DNA from: Nitrospirales bacterium
Lineage (GTDB): Bacteria; Nitrospirota; Nitrospiria; Nitrospirales; UBA8639
Assembly (NCBI GenBank): GCA_965223295.1
Contig: CBDCWC010000003.1
Location: 1,216,001 to 1,280,000 of the forward strand
DNA length: 64,000 nucleotides
Direction of reading: 5' to 3'
Shown one piece after another: positions 61,348 through 64,000 of this stretch; positions within the stretch are counted from its first letter, which is position 1; every line of letters starts with the position of its first letter. The position numbers and the translations under genes are program-made. Below the pieces are notes generated by a model that did not search any database, was not told where the DNA came from, and was given only the letters and a program-made list of their open reading frames with translations.

Positions 61348-62256
61348 TTGTTCACAACCAGTAAAACGTTCATCTTTGTATCACTCACAAGTTTGTTTGC
61401 CTGCTTAGGAAGCGTGTTTATGAACCTAGAGTCGGCATGGGGAAGTATGGAGCCAGCACCTCCCGCTGTGGATTCTCATCTGCAAGGAATTGCCAATTTC
61501 GCCGAACCTTCGCCGATGGTCGAAATTTCAGAAGGCTGGTTTTTGATGGGGACGAACCGAGAAGATGGCACTCGTCACACGTTTGAAAAACACTATGATA
61601 ATACTGAGTTCCCGCGGCGTCGAATTTGGTTGGATGCCTATCAAATTGATCAATACGAAGTCTCACTTGGAGAATTCTTATCGTTTTTGCAAACGCAGGA
61701 TCGAACGATTTCCACTGAGTTACGAAATCTTATCTGGCATCTCATTAGTGTACACTTCATCCCAGATCAAGCTCTTGCCCCTTGGCCAGCTCTGTACGTG
61801 ACCTGGGAAGAAGCTCAGGATTTTTGTCTTCATTACGACAAACGCCTTCCTTCCGAAGCCGAGTGGGAAAAAGCTGCGAGGGGAACAACAGGAAATATTT
61901 TTCCTTGGGGCGAAAAAACCCCATCAGATACTATTGCTGTTTTTGGAGCGTATCATGTGCATGAGATTCCTTTGGTTGCTAACGTGGATAGCTTTCCAGA
62001 AGGGAAAAGCGAATGGGGAGTCTATCATTTGGCGGGAAACATTGCCGAATGGGTGCATGATTGGTTAGGACCAGACTACTATCCCATCATGCCGAAGCGA
62101 AATCCACCCGGACCTAAAGCAGGCCGCTATAAATCTGTGCGAGGAGGATCGTGGAAGAGTCTTCCGGTCATGCTTCGTGCCGCAACGCGTGGTGGAGCCT
62201 ATCCAGAAGAGCGATCACCCAATATCGGCTTCCGCTGCGCTAAATCTCTGCAATGA
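61348..62256 (+). CDS. Formylglycine-generating-enzyme (SUMF1/EgtB/PvdO) domain protein
   Basis: FLMG, RLPSEAEWEKAARG, AGNIAEWV, RGGSW, IGFRCA. Confidence 0.92.
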   Translation: MFTTSKTFIFVSLTSLFACLGSVFMNLESAWGSMEPAPPAVDSHLQGIANFAEPSPMVEISEGWFLMGTNREDGTRHTFEKHYDNTEFPRRRIWLDAYQIDQYEVSLGEFLSFLQTQDRTISTELRNLIWHLISVHFIPDQALAPWPALYVTWEEAQDFCLHYDKRLPSEAEWEKAARGTTGNIFPWGEKTPSDTIAVFGAYHVHEIPLVANVDSFPEGKSEWGVYHLAGNIAEWVHDWLGPDYYPIMPKRNPPGPKAGRYKSVRGGSWKSLPVMLRAATRGGAYPEERSPNIGFRCAKSLQ

Positions 62257-62426
62257 GTTGAATGCAGAGAAATAAAATGAAAATGGGTTTTAAAAATGAC
62301 TAAGGAAGAAAATACTTACGGAGAACTAGATGTTGAAGTAAGACAGGAGTCTTCTGTACTGATGAGATAGGGTTGGCACTCATAGGATTTTGTTTGACAG
62401 CTCTCGTACAGCTCGCACGAGCTAGT

Positions 62427-63050
62427 TCAGGATTTCCCCCATAACTGTTCGAGTCGTTTTGCGCGGCCGCAGTTCCATTTATAATACTTGTAACGGATAG
62501 GATTTTTACTATAAAAATCTTGATGATACTCTTCCGCGCTATAAAATGCTGAAGCAGGAGAAATTTCGGTTACAATGGGTTCCGGAAAGGTCTTGGAGCG
62601 TTCAATGATTTGTTTAGATTGATCAATCAAACGTTTTTGGTTTTCATCATGATAGAAAATTGCGGTACGATATTGGTTGCCGTGATCACAAAATTGTGCA
62701 TTGGGTGTCGTGGGGTCCACATTTTTCCAAAAGACGGCGAGCAGTTCTTCATATGTGACTTTATCGGGATCATAGATAAGTTCGATTGATTCCGTATGGC
62801 CGGTTCTCCCGGCAGAAACTTGTTCATACGTCGGATTTTCCACTTGCCCACCCGTATACCCAGAGACAACGGAAATCACTCCATCGACTTTTTCAAACAC
62901 TTCTTCCATGCACCAAAAACATCCTCCAGCAAACGTGGCCTTGGCTTCCTGAGAGTCAGGAGTATTAGCCCTTGCCTCCGAAGATTCAATAACATTGCTT
63001 GTGAACAATAGAGCGACCCCCAAACAGACCATAATCTGTATCTTCCTCAT
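62427..63050 (-). CDS. msrA: Exported peptide methionine sulfoxide reductase A
   Basis: GGCFWC, SGYTGG, QYRTAIF, AEEYHQDFY; signal peptide. Confidence 0.96.
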   Translation of the reverse strand: MRKIQIMVCLGVALLFTSNVIESSEARANTPDSQEAKATFAGGCFWCMEEVFEKVDGVISVVSGYTGGQVENPTYEQVSAGRTGHTESIELIYDPDKVTYEELLAVFWKNVDPTTPNAQFCDHGNQYRTAIFYHDENQKRLIDQSKQIIERSKTFPEPIVTEISPASAFYSAEEYHQDFYSKNPIRYKYYKWNCGRAKRLEQLWGKS

Positions 63051-64000
63051 TGATCTCCCCCAATGTTTCCTTTAAGTTTTTAGTCTTAGAAAGTACATCC
63101 TTTTCTCTAGACTACCAATAAAACGCCTTATACTGCAGTATTGAAAGTCTGAAAAATATTACGGATGCCCACTTGAATTCAAATAAAAAGGAAAGGACAA
63201 TCCGCGAAATGTTCTCGGTTGGTAAGGCAAACGAATATTTTCAGAAAACAGAAACTTTCATTTCTAGTCATATGCGTGAATGTTGCAAAAACAATACAGG
63301 TGATCGGTTCGCTGTGTCATTGTTGAAAGCATTCCTGCCTTTTACAACACCATATGGATAAAACACTATTCTTGAATTGAAGGAAAGGTTCCTTCAAAAA
63401 CAATATGTTGCGTTTCTAATGGGAAGGCAAACCAAACCCAAGTAGGTAAAAATTTCACCTTCTAAAGGTGGCATTCCTGTTGCTTATGGGTCAAAGCGGG
63501 AAGAAAAAAACTTTATAGTTGTCATTCACAATTGGAGAGACAGGCCATGGTGCGGACTGCTTTCTCTCTCTGTATGGGACTATGCTTGGTCCCCATCTTG
63601 ACTACTGCCGTTTTGGCCCAAGATGTGAAATCTCTTGCAATCCGGCTTGGACTCAAGACCACCAACTCGGTGGTTTGCCAAGCAGGAAATACTTTGGTGC
63701 GTCTCTCGCCGAGATTTCCCTTTCAGAAGCTCCAATGCGCCAGTTTTGGAAAGCCTTCGCAGTCTAAAAGATTCAATTTTTCCCGGAAGCACGAAGCGTT
63801 TTCTCTTCAGAATATTCGGAATATGTCATCTTGGGGTCTTCAGGGTGGGAGCCGATTGTTTCAAGCTGCCAATACGATTCCACTTCTCTCAGATGCTTTG
63901 TCCGCTGGAATTGAGATGGTATATCGCGATCCGTTTTTGATGAGTTATTCCAATCATTCACGAATGAACCAAATGGGAGCTCACATGTTTCTGAAAGGCT

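Noticed and set aside
63173-64000. Short ORFs at the window end, including an open minus frame 63773-64000
   Set aside because: No recognisable family; may be the tail of a gene outside the window but cannot be supported

Overview
Bacterial chromosomal segment, most likely Nitrospirota/Nitrospirales (inferred from the F1-only atp cluster, sorAB, hpnA, MxCxRCxGL zinc-ribbon paralogues and the CAGCAAGGCCGCAGC repeat family). Housekeeping genes: bactofilin end, mnmA, atpHAGDC, rluD, tRNA-Arg(UCG), hppA, hpnA, ispA, uvrA, ruvB and msrA. Most interesting signals: (1) a Zn/Mn-type uptake operon headed by a His-rich exported leader peptide that ends in the RAPP ribosome-arrest motif. Its last codons can pair with and hide the Shine-Dalgarno of the next gene, and a perfect Fur/Zur-like palindrome sits at its promoter. 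(2) A ~17 kb sulfur/redox cluster (25.6-42.5 kb) in which a Cys-rich PAS sigma54 activator is followed by four sigma54 promoters, three with a (G/C)TTAAC-N-GTTAAC upstream motif. (3) A small protein with PHD-finger C4HC3 spacing. (4) Nested non-autonomous elements: a ~190-bp MITE with 5-bp target-site duplications (TSD), an extra internal end and a length-conserved variable segment; a 141-bp MITE with TAAT duplications inserted in one copy; and small REP-like palindromes. A 5-bp duplication frameshifts a cupredoxin signal peptide. No CRISPR array or rRNA was seen. All calls are from reading the sequence by eye; no searches were run.
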